Part shown: one piece after another, positions 51,504 to 61,290 of the stretch | How the letters are laid out: the number at the start of each line of letters is the position of its first letter | How positions within the stretch are numbered: the stretch's first letter is position 1 | Assembly (NCBI GenBank): GCA_037308085.1 | Contig: CP147779.1 | Span: forward strand, 992,001 to 1,056,000 | Direction of reading: 5' to 3' | DNA length: 64,000 nt | Origin: Promethearchaeati archaeon SRVP18_Atabeyarchaeia-1 | GTDB lineage: Archaea > Asgardarchaeota > Atabeyarchaeia > Atabeyarchaeales > Atabeyarchaeaceae | The notes under the pieces: generated by a model | Databases searched by the model: none | Told to the model about the DNA's origin: nothing | The model's input: only the letters and a program-made list of their open reading frames with translations | Translations under genes and position numbers: made by a program

Positions 51504-52172
51504 TCAGAGGAACATTCTCGAGGATTTAGCCGCAAGTTCGATGTGTTTGCGACCTTCGTTTATAACTGGATTCATGTGACCCGGGAAAAGGTGCTTCACT
51601 TCAAGACCTGAAAGCATTTCTATCGATTTTACCAAAGCATCTGGATCTCCGGTTGGGAAGTCGACCCTGCCAAAACTCCCATCGGCAAAAACCGTGTCAC
51701 CGGAAAAAAGCATACCTTTTTCCTCGTCGAAAAGGCAGATGCTTCCAGCAGTGTGACCTGGAGTATTTATGACCTTCAGCCTATTCTCGCCGATCTCTAG
51801 GGTCTCTCCATCCTTGAGTTTGACATCAACTTTCGTCGGGGGATAAGTCATGCCCATCAATGTAGAGAGGATTACTGATCCCCTGCCAGTCTCGATGTAG
51901 GGGGCCTCCAACTCGTAGACAAGCACCTGCGGAGATAGATCCTTCACGATTCTTGGTAGCCCGCCCGAGTGGTCAATATGTACATGGGTGAGAACAACTT
52001 TCCGGATAGCCTCTTTCCGGAGACCCAAAGACTCGACGTAGCGATAGATATCCGATACGGACAGCCCAGTTCCAGTATCAATCAAGGTGACGCTGTTCCT
52101 GTCTCTTAGAACATAGATATTTCCGTCAAACCCGCTCCCCTGAATCAAGTGCACATTTCCTAGCAACTGCAT
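51504..52172 (-). CDS. MBL-fold metallo-hydrolase (glyoxalase II-like)
   Basis: THVHIDH, PGH, SGD, PGH. Confidence 0.9.
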   Translation of the reverse strand: MQLLGNVHLIQGSGFDGNIYVLRDRNSVTLIDTGTGLSVSDIYRYVESLGLRKEAIRKVVLTHVHIDHSGGLPRIVKDLSPQVLVYELEAPYIETGRGSVILSTLMGMTYPPTKVDVKLKDGETLEIGENRLKVINTPGHTAGSICLFDEEKGMLFSGDTVFADGSFGRVDFPTGDPDALVKSIEMLSGLEVKHLFPGHMNPVINEGRKHIELAAKSSRMFL

Positions 52173-52332
52173 ATAGCCAAGCCCCAAACCATCCTATTCT
52201 TGCGATTGTCTCAATAATAGCGGGAAATCTAGCTAGGAGCGAGAGGAGTTGACAGATATATTAATTTAGGTGGCGAACATAAAAAACTACAGAACACGTT
52301 ATCTAGATACTGTTGCCCGGAGTGAATTTGTG

Positions 52333-52665
52333 ATGCCGAAAAATGAACCCTTTGTTGAGGAAGTGGAGCGAAAGCTCGCCAAACTCAAAGACTCCGCTAA
52401 TGCGGAGGGCGTCTTCATTATCTCAAAGGAAGGTCTTCCTATTGTGAGCGTTGGTCCTCAGGGTGAAGAGGCCCTTGAAGTTATTGGGCCAATCTCATCC
52501 ACGCTTGTCCAAGTGCTAAATGAGAAGAGGAGGAAGCTGTTCTGCTACTTCTTGGGTGGCGGAGTTTTGCTGGCAGCTACGGCGGACGATAGGGGAAAAC
52601 TGAAGAAGATCGAGAAATGGGCTTCAAAGAATTCCAAGGAGATCTATGAGAAATTCCTGAAGTAG
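52333..52665 (+). CDS. Roadblock/LC7-like small protein
   Basis: 'L..LK...AEGVFIISKEGLPIVS' alpha-beta-beta Roadblock signature. Confidence 0.55.
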   Translation: MPKNEPFVEEVERKLAKLKDSANAEGVFIISKEGLPIVSVGPQGEEALEVIGPISSTLVQVLNEKRRKLFCYFLGGGVLLAATADDRGKLKKIEKWASKNSKEIYEKFLK

Positions 52666-52709
52666 CGGAGTAACCTGAAGGAGCCGGTTGTCCTAGGGGA
52701 AGACGAAAA

Positions 52710-53099
52710 GTGAGTAATTCAAAAGGAATAGAGGACGTTATAGAAGCCCCACTTGAGACAATTCGCAATGCGGTGAAGGAAGTCTTGGGCGGGAACCCAA
52801 AGGAGCAGAAGCTGAAGGACGGCTCAACGGTCTTCACGAAAGACGTATCGGAATGCCCTCCCCAGATCAAGATCATACCGGCAGAGGACGGCAAGTTCCG
52901 CATAATATCAACATCCCTATGCAATGTCAAGGACTGCGACTACTGGCAGCGGTGCGCACAGCTTGACAGCAGCAACATGCAGGAACTGAAGGAAGCAGTT
53001 GCTAAGCTTCAAGGCAAAGTGCTTCCACGCGCAGAGAAGAAGTGGAGCATAGGCGAAGGCAAGAGCAGACACGTGGTCGATGACGCGCTGCATAGATGA
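52710..53099 (+). CDS. Hypothetical protein with Cys cluster
   Basis: Clean ORF; C..C-x4-C-x5-C. Confidence 0.55.
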   Translation: MSNSKGIEDVIEAPLETIRNAVKEVLGGNPKEQKLKDGSTVFTKDVSECPPQIKIIPAEDGKFRIISTSLCNVKDCDYWQRCAQLDSSNMQELKEAVAKLQGKVLPRAEKKWSIGEGKSRHVVDDALHR

Positions 53100-53258
53100 A
53101 CTCGCAGAACCGGCAAACAAGGACACAACCTCGTTCATGGAGTGATGTGAGTGGGTCTGATCTTCTAAACTACTTTTGCCGCAAGTAATGAAGAACGGAA
53201 CACCAATGTAAGCCGCTGGCCCGCTCGCGCAAGCTAGGTTCTGGTGAGTCTGAGAATT

Positions 53259-54230
53259 CTACTGGCGTGGCAATTTGAGAACCTGGTCGAAAGTTGCCTC
53301 ATATCTTTCCCGTACTTCCTTTGTAGTGAAGGTGTGATCCTGTGGTCCATCTCCTTCCACGACAAACGACCCGACGATCGCCCCGACTTTTGCCGAGTCT
53401 TCGAGAGAGAGCGAATTGAGCAGCCCCCACATCAAGCCAGCACGGTAACCATCTCCGGCTCCTGTTGGATCCCTGAAAACTTTCGGCTTTGCCACCGGTA
53501 TGTGTTTCGCGTAGCCCTCTCCAAGTATTGTTGACCCCTTCGCGCCCTCGGTGACAATTATGTTGGGCACCTTTTTCACGAGCTCTTCGACTGAAAGATT
53601 CAGCTTCCTCTTGACAAGTTCAATTTCATGGGTGTTGGCTATGAGCAACTTTGAGTTCGGAATTATCTTCATGAGCTGCTCCGGCGTGAATCCCGGGGTG
53701 ACTTGCCCAGGGTCGAATATGAATGGTATCTTCAACTTGCCGAGCTCGCGCGAGTAGTTGACGAATGCATCTACCGGATTGGGGGCTATTATAGCAATCT
53801 TGACCCTGTCGATAACATTTCCAACTGATTCTTTGATCGAGATCTTACCTGCGTGTTTGAGTGCTCCGGGGTGAAATACTGTGAGCTGGTTGTTTGCCGC
53901 GTCACTTACTATGTAGGCGGCGGCGGTGTGCTCCTCAGGGTGCCCAACGAGTTTCAGATCAACCCCAACTTTCCTCAAGTGCTCGTCATACTTCATTGCG
54001 ACAAAGTCGTCTCCAGTGGATGAGACAGCGATTGCCTTCACTCCCAGAAGGGCGAGGTTATATGATATGTTTCCGGCGGTTCCGCCGAATCTGACTCTCA
54101 GACTACTAACATTGAACGACCCAGTTAGGTTCTGATCAGCGTCAGGGAGTATGACGTCCTTGAACTTGCCATCAAACTTCATTATGTAGTCAAAAGCGAT
54201 GGAACCTAGGACAAGCGCTGTATTCTCCAA
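53259..54230 (-). CDS. PfkB family nucleoside/carbohydrate kinase
   Basis: 'GSIAFDYI', 'GGTAGN', 'FDPGQ', 'DPTGAGDG.RAG'. Confidence 0.9.
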   Translation of the reverse strand: MENTALVLGSIAFDYIMKFDGKFKDVILPDADQNLTGSFNVSSLRVRFGGTAGNISYNLALLGVKAIAVSSTGDDFVAMKYDEHLRKVGVDLKLVGHPEEHTAAAYIVSDAANNQLTVFHPGALKHAGKISIKESVGNVIDRVKIAIIAPNPVDAFVNYSRELGKLKIPFIFDPGQVTPGFTPEQLMKIIPNSKLLIANTHEIELVKRKLNLSVEELVKKVPNIIVTEGAKGSTILGEGYAKHIPVAKPKVFRDPTGAGDGYRAGLMWGLLNSLSLEDSAKVGAIVGSFVVEGDGPQDHTFTTKEVRERYEATFDQVLKLPRQ

Positions 54231-54286
54231 AAGCCATCACCTGCCTCAATCAATCACAAAAAAGCCAACTATGCACGATGTGCAGC

Positions 54287-54994
54287 TTACTCCTCTTCTG
54301 CCGCTTCTTTTCTCTCTACCTGCCTTATGACCGAAAACATCTCCGACAGCTTACCAATCTCGAACTTTGGTATGCAATCGGACGTAGATGGCTCTTCCGT
54401 CCGAGCCTCCCCTCTTCTTATTCTTACTGATACTACCTCGGCCTCATTGGCTGTTTTGATCTCCTTCTGCAGTCTTGCACCTACGAAGATAGTTTCTGCA
54501 GCTTCGACATTCATGGACTCAAATGCATCTTGGAAATTCTTGAGAACTAGCTTGTCGCCGTCATTTACAACGACGTAGTGGAATAGGTGCTGAAGGCCAA
54601 GCCTTACGAGCTTCTCCCACTCCTTCACGGGTCTACCGTAAGAGATCACGCCAATGCTGTATCTTCTGTCGCGGAGCGCAAGTAAGGTTGGAATAGTCTC
54701 GGGAAAAGGTTTCAGGAACGCGGACTTCGTGTCATGGTATGCGGTGATTGCTGCGGCTACGACCCTATCAGTCCTTTTTACTCCCAGTTTCTGAAGAGTA
54801 AGGTCGAAATGCCTATCAAAATCCTCCCCATGTTCAGATACAACGGACTTCAAGGCGTTGAAGGTACTCTCAAAGTCCAACGGGATCCCTGCTTCTAGCA
54901 TCGCCCTAACAGCGTTGATCCTTGCCATATAGACCTGCATTGAGGCGTCGTACAAGGTATCACCGAGTCCGAACAACACACATTTGATTTTCAA
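54287..54994 (-). CDS. HAD-superfamily homologue with degenerate catalytic motifs
   Basis: Resembles archaeal TIGR02253-type HADs, but DxD reads GxG and GD reads GA. Confidence 0.75.
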   Translation of the reverse strand: MKIKCVLFGLGDTLYDASMQVYMARINAVRAMLEAGIPLDFESTFNALKSVVSEHGEDFDRHFDLTLQKLGVKRTDRVVAAAITAYHDTKSAFLKPFPETIPTLLALRDRRYSIGVISYGRPVKEWEKLVRLGLQHLFHYVVVNDGDKLVLKNFQDAFESMNVEAAETIFVGARLQKEIKTANEAEVVSVRIRRGEARTEEPSTSDCIPKFEIGKLSEMFSVIRQVERKEAAEEE

Positions 54995-54996
54995 AT

Positions 54997-56109
54997 CTAG
55001 GATGTCACCACTTTCTTCAGTTTTACAGGTTTATCAGGATCAAGACCCTTGTTAACCGCAAGATGGAACGCGAGGAGTTGAATGGGCACGATGTAGGTTA
55101 TCGGAGTAAATATTTCTTCAATCTCTGCCCGACTCCTAATGCACTCGAATAGGTGTGCACCAAATCCTTCATCGCCCTCGGAGCATGTGACTCCAATCAA
55201 GCGGGCACCGAGCTTCTCGAAGTTCATAATGCTGGCGAGGGATTCCTCTTGGGTCCCTCCGCGGGACATAAACACAATGATCGGGGTCCCTTCGCTAATC
55301 AACTGCATCGGTCCATGTATGAACTCCCTTGTGGCAAACCCCTCCGCGAAAACCTCGGCGGCTTCCTTCAGCTTTAACGCCCCCTCCAGTGCCGTGGCAT
55401 AGTTTGGTCCGCTACCCAACATGAAGATAAACTTGCTTGACGCCAACTTATCAGCCAATCTAATAATTGGGGATTCAGAGAGAGTGAGCGCTTCTTCGAC
55501 ATAATGAGGAACTTCATTTATGGTTCTCTTCAACCGAGAAATGGACGCGTTGTCCAAAGCTTCATGCTTCTCGGTATAAGCAAGCGCGATTGTGAACATA
55601 GCTGCAAGCTCAGAAGTATAAGTCTTAGTAGCGGTTACAGCCTTCTCCTCGCCCGCATACGTATGCACAGTGGAATGCGCCAGCCTCGTGAGAGAACTCC
55701 CAGGAGTATTGGTTATCGCTACTACCGTTGAGCCATTTTCGCGCGCGGCAGTAGCCGCACTCAAGACATCCGCGCTCTCACCCGACTGAGACACAGCGAA
55801 AACCATAGACCTCTTGCCCGGCGAGCGCGGAACCCAGTACCTGAACTCAGATGAGGGAATAACTGACATGAACGTCTTCGTTATGGATGCCATTGCATAT
55901 TGACCGGCAAGACCGGCGTGATAGCTTGTGCCGCTTCCAGTAATATAGATCAAGTCGAAGTTCTTGAGGGGATAGAGCTCAACGAACTCCCTAGCTTCTG
56001 GAGCACTCTTTTGTAGAGTCCTCATGATTGCCTCCGGCTGCTCATGTATCTCTTTGAGCATGTCGTAAGAGTACTCCACTTTCCTACTCATGACTGAGGA
56101 CCCATCCAC
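54997..56109 (-). CDS. Double-SIS domain protein (GlmS isomerase-like; glucosamine-6-phosphate deaminase-like)
   Basis: 'M.KEI.EQP', GSGTS, SQSGE, 'ATKTY', 'EGALKLKE', 'PD.P..L.K.V'; no glutaminase domain. Confidence 0.88.
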   Translation of the reverse strand: MDGSSVMSRKVEYSYDMLKEIHEQPEAIMRTLQKSAPEAREFVELYPLKNFDLIYITGSGTSYHAGLAGQYAMASITKTFMSVIPSSEFRYWVPRSPGKRSMVFAVSQSGESADVLSAATAARENGSTVVAITNTPGSSLTRLAHSTVHTYAGEEKAVTATKTYTSELAAMFTIALAYTEKHEALDNASISRLKRTINEVPHYVEEALTLSESPIIRLADKLASSKFIFMLGSGPNYATALEGALKLKEAAEVFAEGFATREFIHGPMQLISEGTPIIVFMSRGGTQEESLASIMNFEKLGARLIGVTCSEGDEGFGAHLFECIRSRAEIEEIFTPITYIVPIQLLAFHLAVNKGLDPDKPVKLKKVVTS

Positions 56110-56336
56110 TCTTCAGATAGCCAAACCAAATAAGCACTGATCGGGCAGTTCTAGGTTAGATAGAGGTGAAAGCACATCATCCAGCTTCCGTAGAGTAGAT
56201 CGACCGGGCGACATATTAACCATATGGGTGGTGTGTTGATCTTCGTAGGTTGGTGAGAGCCACTTTTTGGTTGATGCCTTCGATTCCTCTTCTATTCTCG
56301 CGCCGCGGCTCCACATCTTGAGTCGCCTCGGCTGAG

Positions 56337-56534
56337 TCAAGCCACCTGTAGTTCTTGGTTGCAGGGTGGGCGTGGCTCTCGGCGCTCTCCGCCGCACATG
56401 AATGCTTGACCTTTCAAGAAAGGCTCCACAATTGTTCGCCGGAGTTCCTCTTTCGCCAAGTTCAGTTCGAGGGCATCGCGGTCGAGTCTGCTTTTCTTCG
56501 TCACTCGAACGTGATAATATTGCATTTCAATCAT
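56337..56534 (-). pseudogene. Truncated gene fragment resembling the N-terminus of TIR-like nucleotide-binding proteins
   Basis: 'YYHVRVT.KS...D.LELNL..EEL...IVEPF.KG..F..GG' then abrupt loss of similarity; based on recalled family pattern. Confidence 0.35.
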
Positions 56535-56768
56535 TTGCTACTATTAGCGCGCTGCACAAAAACCTATCGGGGATGTGTTCGCCAGAAACGATTTGATCTT
56601 CAAGCCTTTCGGAGGGTGTTGTCGGTTATTGTGCAAGCATGATGAAGATCACTGTTGAAGTCAGGTTTCCAAGAGACTTATCCAAGGTAAGTATATTAGT
56701 TGAGTTGATGGATATGGGGTCAGAGAGTACGCGGATCCGTTGGCCATGTAGGGAGTGGATTTGGGGCG

Positions 56769-57515
56769 ATGCAGAGAAGTAAGCCCTTCCCGAATTCCAG
56801 AGATGATCTTGCATCTAGCCCAGGGCAGCGCAGCGGACAGCGCTTCTTGGTTTTTGGTGCTCACCCTGATGACGAGGTCGTGGGTGTGGGTGGGACCATC
56901 GCTAAACTCGCTAAGACGGGGAATGAGGTATTCGTGGTCATCTTCACCAAGGGTGAGGAGGGCTATGCTGACAGAGAACTCAAAGACACGATTTCTGTGT
57001 TGCGCGAGAAGGAGATCGAGCGGGTCCGCGGGATTCTAGGAGTAAAGAAGTACGAGCTGATGGGGCGGCCAGATATGGGTCTCAAAAATGACAAGGAGAC
57101 ATTCAAGGAAACGATTCGGATGATCAGAAAATTCAGACCGGACGCTGTATTCACCCATCATAGAATTGACAGACACCGGGATCACAGGGCGGCGTCGAAG
57201 CTTGTGTCCGAGGCGTTTTGGCAGGCTGGGGAGGCCGTTGCAGTGGATCTTGGGAGCCCATGGAGGTCTAGGGCCCTTTACTATTTCGAGGAGGTTCATC
57301 CTTTCAGGTTTCCTTCGCACATAGTCGATATAAGTGAAACGTTTGATGCAAAGATCAGTGCCATGAAAACCTATACATCACAGCTTCCCGTCGTTCCCTT
57401 CATCCTTAGCGGAATAGAGGGGCAAGCAATTGCGAGGGGATCGGCCATCGGGGCGAAATACGGTGAAGCCTTCCTAAGATCCAACGCGACACCGAGAAGA
57501 GAACTCGAGTTCTGA
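56769..57515 (+). CDS. PIG-L family de-N-acetylase
   Basis: AHPDDE, 'R..E', 'H.DH', 'VDIS', 'YGEAF'. Confidence 0.9.
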   Translation: MQRSKPFPNSRDDLASSPGQRSGQRFLVFGAHPDDEVVGVGGTIAKLAKTGNEVFVVIFTKGEEGYADRELKDTISVLREKEIERVRGILGVKKYELMGRPDMGLKNDKETFKETIRMIRKFRPDAVFTHHRIDRHRDHRAASKLVSEAFWQAGEAVAVDLGSPWRSRALYYFEEVHPFRFPSHIVDISETFDAKISAMKTYTSQLPVVPFILSGIEGQAIARGSAIGAKYGEAFLRSNATPRRELEF

Positions 57516-57597
57516 TCACTGCGGCTCATACACGGACTGAAGCGAATAAGGCGTAAGCATAACAGCCAGACATGGCACCTATAGGGGAGTAGCACCA

Positions 57598-58074
57598 ATG
57601 GAAAGCCCAAGGAACAGCCAGTTCGCTGAAGAATACAAGAAGTGGCAGAGAAGTAACATAGAGAATATCGTATCGATGCTTCGTTCAATAGGAAACCTCT
57701 ATGGGGAAGGCGTGTTCAAAGTGGCTTCAGCAGCCTATTCGTCCCTGATGCGCCAAAGGTGGAAGCAGATCGCAGAAGTGACCAATGATAGAAGCATTGA
57801 AGGACTCTTTCGGAAACTCTGGGACGAGTCCAGAGACTTGATATCATTCGAAGTCTCCAACAGGAGTCCTGATTCAATCTCATTGAATGTCAAATCCTGT
57901 TTCTGGGCCAATGAGTTCAAGAGGCTTCATGCCGTCGACATCGGCTACGAGCTGTGCTGCATGACTGACTTCTACATAGTTGAAGTCTTCAACTCAGAGA
58001 TAACTTACAGGCGGACTAAGACATTGATGAAGGGCGACGACCATTGCGATCATCAATACTCGATGTACGGGTAG
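57598..58074 (+). CDS. L-2-amino-thiazoline-4-carboxylate hydrolase-like (V4R-type) protein
   Basis: 'C.WA', 'GY..CC..D', 'RT.TLM.G...CD'. Confidence 0.75.
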   Translation: MESPRNSQFAEEYKKWQRSNIENIVSMLRSIGNLYGEGVFKVASAAYSSLMRQRWKQIAEVTNDRSIEGLFRKLWDESRDLISFEVSNRSPDSISLNVKSCFWANEFKRLHAVDIGYELCCMTDFYIVEVFNSEITYRRTKTLMKGDDHCDHQYSMYG

Positions 58075-58218
58075 ATCTACCCGCTGTGGGCAGACTATAC
58101 CTGTATCCGCAGATAGTTGCCAGGGTCTGTTTCCTATTCAATCTTCATCATGAGAATGAGACATGATATTTAGACGAGTTGTTGGCCGATCAGCGTGTCG
58201 TAGGAGGTCTCTGTCTGT

Positions 58219-59193
58219 ATGCAGGAGCTGAGATGGAATCCGATACTTAAGGAATGGATAATTGTTGCGTCGGGCAGAAAGGATAGACCAATCGAAGACC
58301 TGGGCGAGATGAAGTGTCCATTCTGTTCAGGTTCAAGGGAGGTCGATGGCAAATGGGAAGCTCTCAGCCTGCAAAACAAATTTCCTTCGCTTGTAATGGA
58401 TCCCCCTAAGACATCCTCTAAGTCGCACTGGCTTTACAAAGTGGAGCCGGCGTACGGAGCATGCGAAGTCATTTTGGAGACCAAGGATCACACAGGCGAT
58501 CTGGGCGATCTCCCCGTTGAGAGAATAAAGCAGGTAGTCGATCTTTTCGCTGAGAGGTTTACCGCCCTAGGTTCCAAAGACGGAATAAGATACGTCTTCG
58601 AGTTCAGAAACAAAGGGAAGGAGATAGGGGTCAGTCTTCATCACCCTCACTCCCAACTCTATGCATTACCATTCATACCACCAATAATAGAGAAAGAGCT
58701 GGAAACCAGCAAAGAGTACATGGAGGAGAAAGGCGAATGCCTATTCTGTAGGGTCGTAAGAGAGGAGAGGACCGATGGAAGTCGAGTAATATGCGAAAAC
58801 GAGCACGCCATATGTTTCCTGCCCTTCTACGCCAAGTGGCCATACGAGACACATGTCTATCCAAAGCGGCATGTACAGTGCCTTCCTGACATGACAGACA
58901 GTGAGAGACTAGGTTTCGCTGCTGTTCTGAAACAGATTATCACTACGTACAACAATCTCTTTGGCTTCCCGCTCCCCTACATCATGGTCATCCACCAGAG
59001 ACCGACCGACAAGGAGTATAAGCACTATCACATGCACGTGGAATTCTACCCACCAAATAGGAGTAAAGACAAACTCAAGTTTACGGCTGGTATCGAAAGA
59101 GGCGCCGGGACATACACGATGGACTATGAACCGGAGCAGAAAGCCTCAGAACTTAGGGCGGTCTACAGACGGATCTTCGATTCAAACCACTAG
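58219..59193 (+). CDS. galT: Galactose-1-phosphate uridylyltransferase
   Basis: 'ELRWNP', CPFC, 'NKFP', 'G.S..HPHSQ'. Confidence 0.9.
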   Translation: MQELRWNPILKEWIIVASGRKDRPIEDLGEMKCPFCSGSREVDGKWEALSLQNKFPSLVMDPPKTSSKSHWLYKVEPAYGACEVILETKDHTGDLGDLPVERIKQVVDLFAERFTALGSKDGIRYVFEFRNKGKEIGVSLHHPHSQLYALPFIPPIIEKELETSKEYMEEKGECLFCRVVREERTDGSRVICENEHAICFLPFYAKWPYETHVYPKRHVQCLPDMTDSERLGFAAVLKQIITTYNNLFGFPLPYIMVIHQRPTDKEYKHYHMHVEFYPPNRSKDKLKFTAGIERGAGTYTMDYEPEQKASELRAVYRRIFDSNH

Positions 59194-59245
59194 TGGCGTG
59201 TAGGGTAGATGATCTGGGCTAGTTGCTAGTCCAGTAGCGCGGATT

Positions 59246-59875
59246 CTAAAACCACAGTGCAGGAGCAGCTGGATAGAACAAGAGGTAAACGATAAACGTG
59301 ACAAGCACTGCTGCAACGGCTCCGCCGACGACCTGCGAGAGACTGTGCGCCTTAAGTCTCAGCCTAGCCCACGCGACGGGCAGAAGCAACAAGTACAGCA
59401 GCGCGGCGATCCATCCGAAGACGTAGGTAAGGCCCGTAACTGGTCCAGCAATACCGGTTGTATGGACACTGATCTTCCAAAAGAAGCTCACTAAAGCCAC
59501 CGAAGACGTGACGCAGACATAAGCGATTGAAAGAACCATGAGTGACAGCGATTGTAGGAAGAAGAAGAACACCACTCCAAGCGAGTACCCCAAGATAGCC
59601 ATCCCAAAAAGCTTTGGCCGCATACTTCTGTCTGAGACGTCTATGTCTACGACGCCCTTCGATGCATAATAGAGAACGGGCGCAATCGGGAGAACGCTCA
59701 GGAATAGTGTACCAAGAAGCACACTCGGCAATACTAGTAGAATGGGTCCCAAACCTATTGGCGACATGGCGGAGAAGACCACAACCGCCAAGAAAGCCAG
59801 AACTGGCGCCGACAAAGCAAGAGAAATCCTCTTTGCAAGCTTCTCGTAAGATTCGCCCATGGGTCCTTGGATCAT
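59246..59875 (-). CDS. PAP2-like membrane protein
   Basis: 'WKISVH', 'WAR..L.AHS..QV..G'. Confidence 0.7.
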   Translation of the reverse strand: MIQGPMGESYEKLAKRISLALSAPVLAFLAVVVFSAMSPIGLGPILLVLPSVLLGTLFLSVLPIAPVLYYASKGVVDIDVSDRSMRPKLFGMAILGYSLGVVFFFFLQSLSLMVLSIAYVCVTSSVALVSFFWKISVHTTGIAGPVTGLTYVFGWIAALLYLLLLPVAWARLRLKAHSLSQVVGGAVAAVLVTFIVYLLFYPAAPALWF

Positions 59876-60066
59876 CTTCCCTAGGTTATTCGCATAGACC
59901 AGGCCGCGAGTAATGCAAATTGTCTAAATCCTTTCTGCCTAATAAAAGATACTTACCCAAGAAGACGGTGAAGATATCAAAAATCAATTATATAGGTACT
60001 CGCATCTCAAGAAAGATCGGGAGAATTGGATTACGAATCTTCGACGCCTAGAGAGGTGTCCAGCTC

Positions 60067-60525
60067 TTGCGGAGCCGCAAGTTATCAGGGACGAGGATAG
60101 TAATAAGACCACTCAGAATCAGCGACTACCAAAACATGATAGAATGTTGGAACAAGTCAGAGTTGCCTATCAAGATCAAGGGACGGGAAAGCAAGGCGTC
60201 AATGGAAAAGGAGATGCAGAACGAAGGGGCGCTATTCATCGGCGCATTTGACGGAGAGGAACTCGTGGGCCTGGTTATCGCGAACTTTGACGGCCGCAGA
60301 GGCTGGATCAACCGTCTTGCAGTCCTTCCAAAGCACAGAAAGCACGGCTTCGCAACGGAACTAATCACAGAAGCAGAGGCATTTCTGAGGGGCAAAGGAG
60401 CCACAGTAATATCTGCGCTGGTATCCCGACCAAATACCCCTTCAAGAAGACTGTTCGAGAAGAACGGCTACAAGAATGAAGAGGACATCCTCTATTACGC
60501 CAAAAGAGAGAGTCCCGAAGCATAA
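60067..60525 (+). CDS. GNAT family N-acetyltransferase
   Basis: 'DGRRGWINRLAV.P.HRK.G.A', 'N..S..LFEK.GY'. Confidence 0.9.
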   Translation: MRSRKLSGTRIVIRPLRISDYQNMIECWNKSELPIKIKGRESKASMEKEMQNEGALFIGAFDGEELVGLVIANFDGRRGWINRLAVLPKHRKHGFATELITEAEAFLRGKGATVISALVSRPNTPSRRLFEKNGYKNEEDILYYAKRESPEA

Positions 60526-60570
60526 GAGAGAAGCGCACAGAAAATCAATCTCGATAACTGAAACAGGCCG

Positions 60571-61245
60571 TTGATAAACATGTCGTCAAAGGTCGCAAGC
60601 GAGATCAAGATAGTGGCATTTGATTTCGACGGAGTGCTATTCGATGGCGAAAGCGCCGCAGCTGAAATAGGAGAAAAGTTTGGCCTAGGGAAGCAGATTC
60701 GTCAAGCACTATTCGAGCTTCTAACATGGAGCATAACCCTTCGAGAGGCAATACTGAAGTGCGGTGCTTATTGGAGAGGCATTAAGGTTGACGAAGTTGC
60801 CAAAGTAACGGGGAATCTGCACCTTCGGTTAGGCGCAGCAGAAACTGTCAAGGAGCTCAAAGCACGCTCCTACAAGCTCGCACTCATCTCCAGTGGTCTG
60901 AGCCAAGTTTCCCATGATATCATCAAGAGGAATCTTGGATTAGACTACGCGTTTGGGAACGAAGCGGAAATAGAGAATGGAGTATTCACTGGCAGGCTAG
61001 TAGGTCCCCCTGTGGACGCCAACCGCAAAGCCGAGATACTAAAGTCAATTGCCAAATCTGAGGGCGTAACGACGAAGAGCTGCGCCGTCATCGGGAATGA
61101 CCCGAATGACATTCCCATGATGCTTCTAGGAGGGCTAACAATAGGCATCAACCCTCACCCAGCTGTAGCGAGAATATCAAAAATAGTCTTGCAGAAGACA
61201 AATGATCTCAGAGAGATACTCCTCTACTTTACGCGTCCACTGTAA
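60571..61245 (+). CDS. HAD hydrolase, phosphoserine phosphatase-like
   Basis: DFDGV, SSG, K, 'GND.ND'. Confidence 0.8.
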   Translation: MINMSSKVASEIKIVAFDFDGVLFDGESAAAEIGEKFGLGKQIRQALFELLTWSITLREAILKCGAYWRGIKVDEVAKVTGNLHLRLGAAETVKELKARSYKLALISSGLSQVSHDIIKRNLGLDYAFGNEAEIENGVFTGRLVGPPVDANRKAEILKSIAKSEGVTTKSCAVIGNDPNDIPMMLLGGLTIGINPHPAVARISKIVLQKTNDLREILLYFTRPL

Positions 61246-61290
61246 GATAAACGCCAGTCTCCGAATAGCTGACATCCGGGGAAGCAGGTC

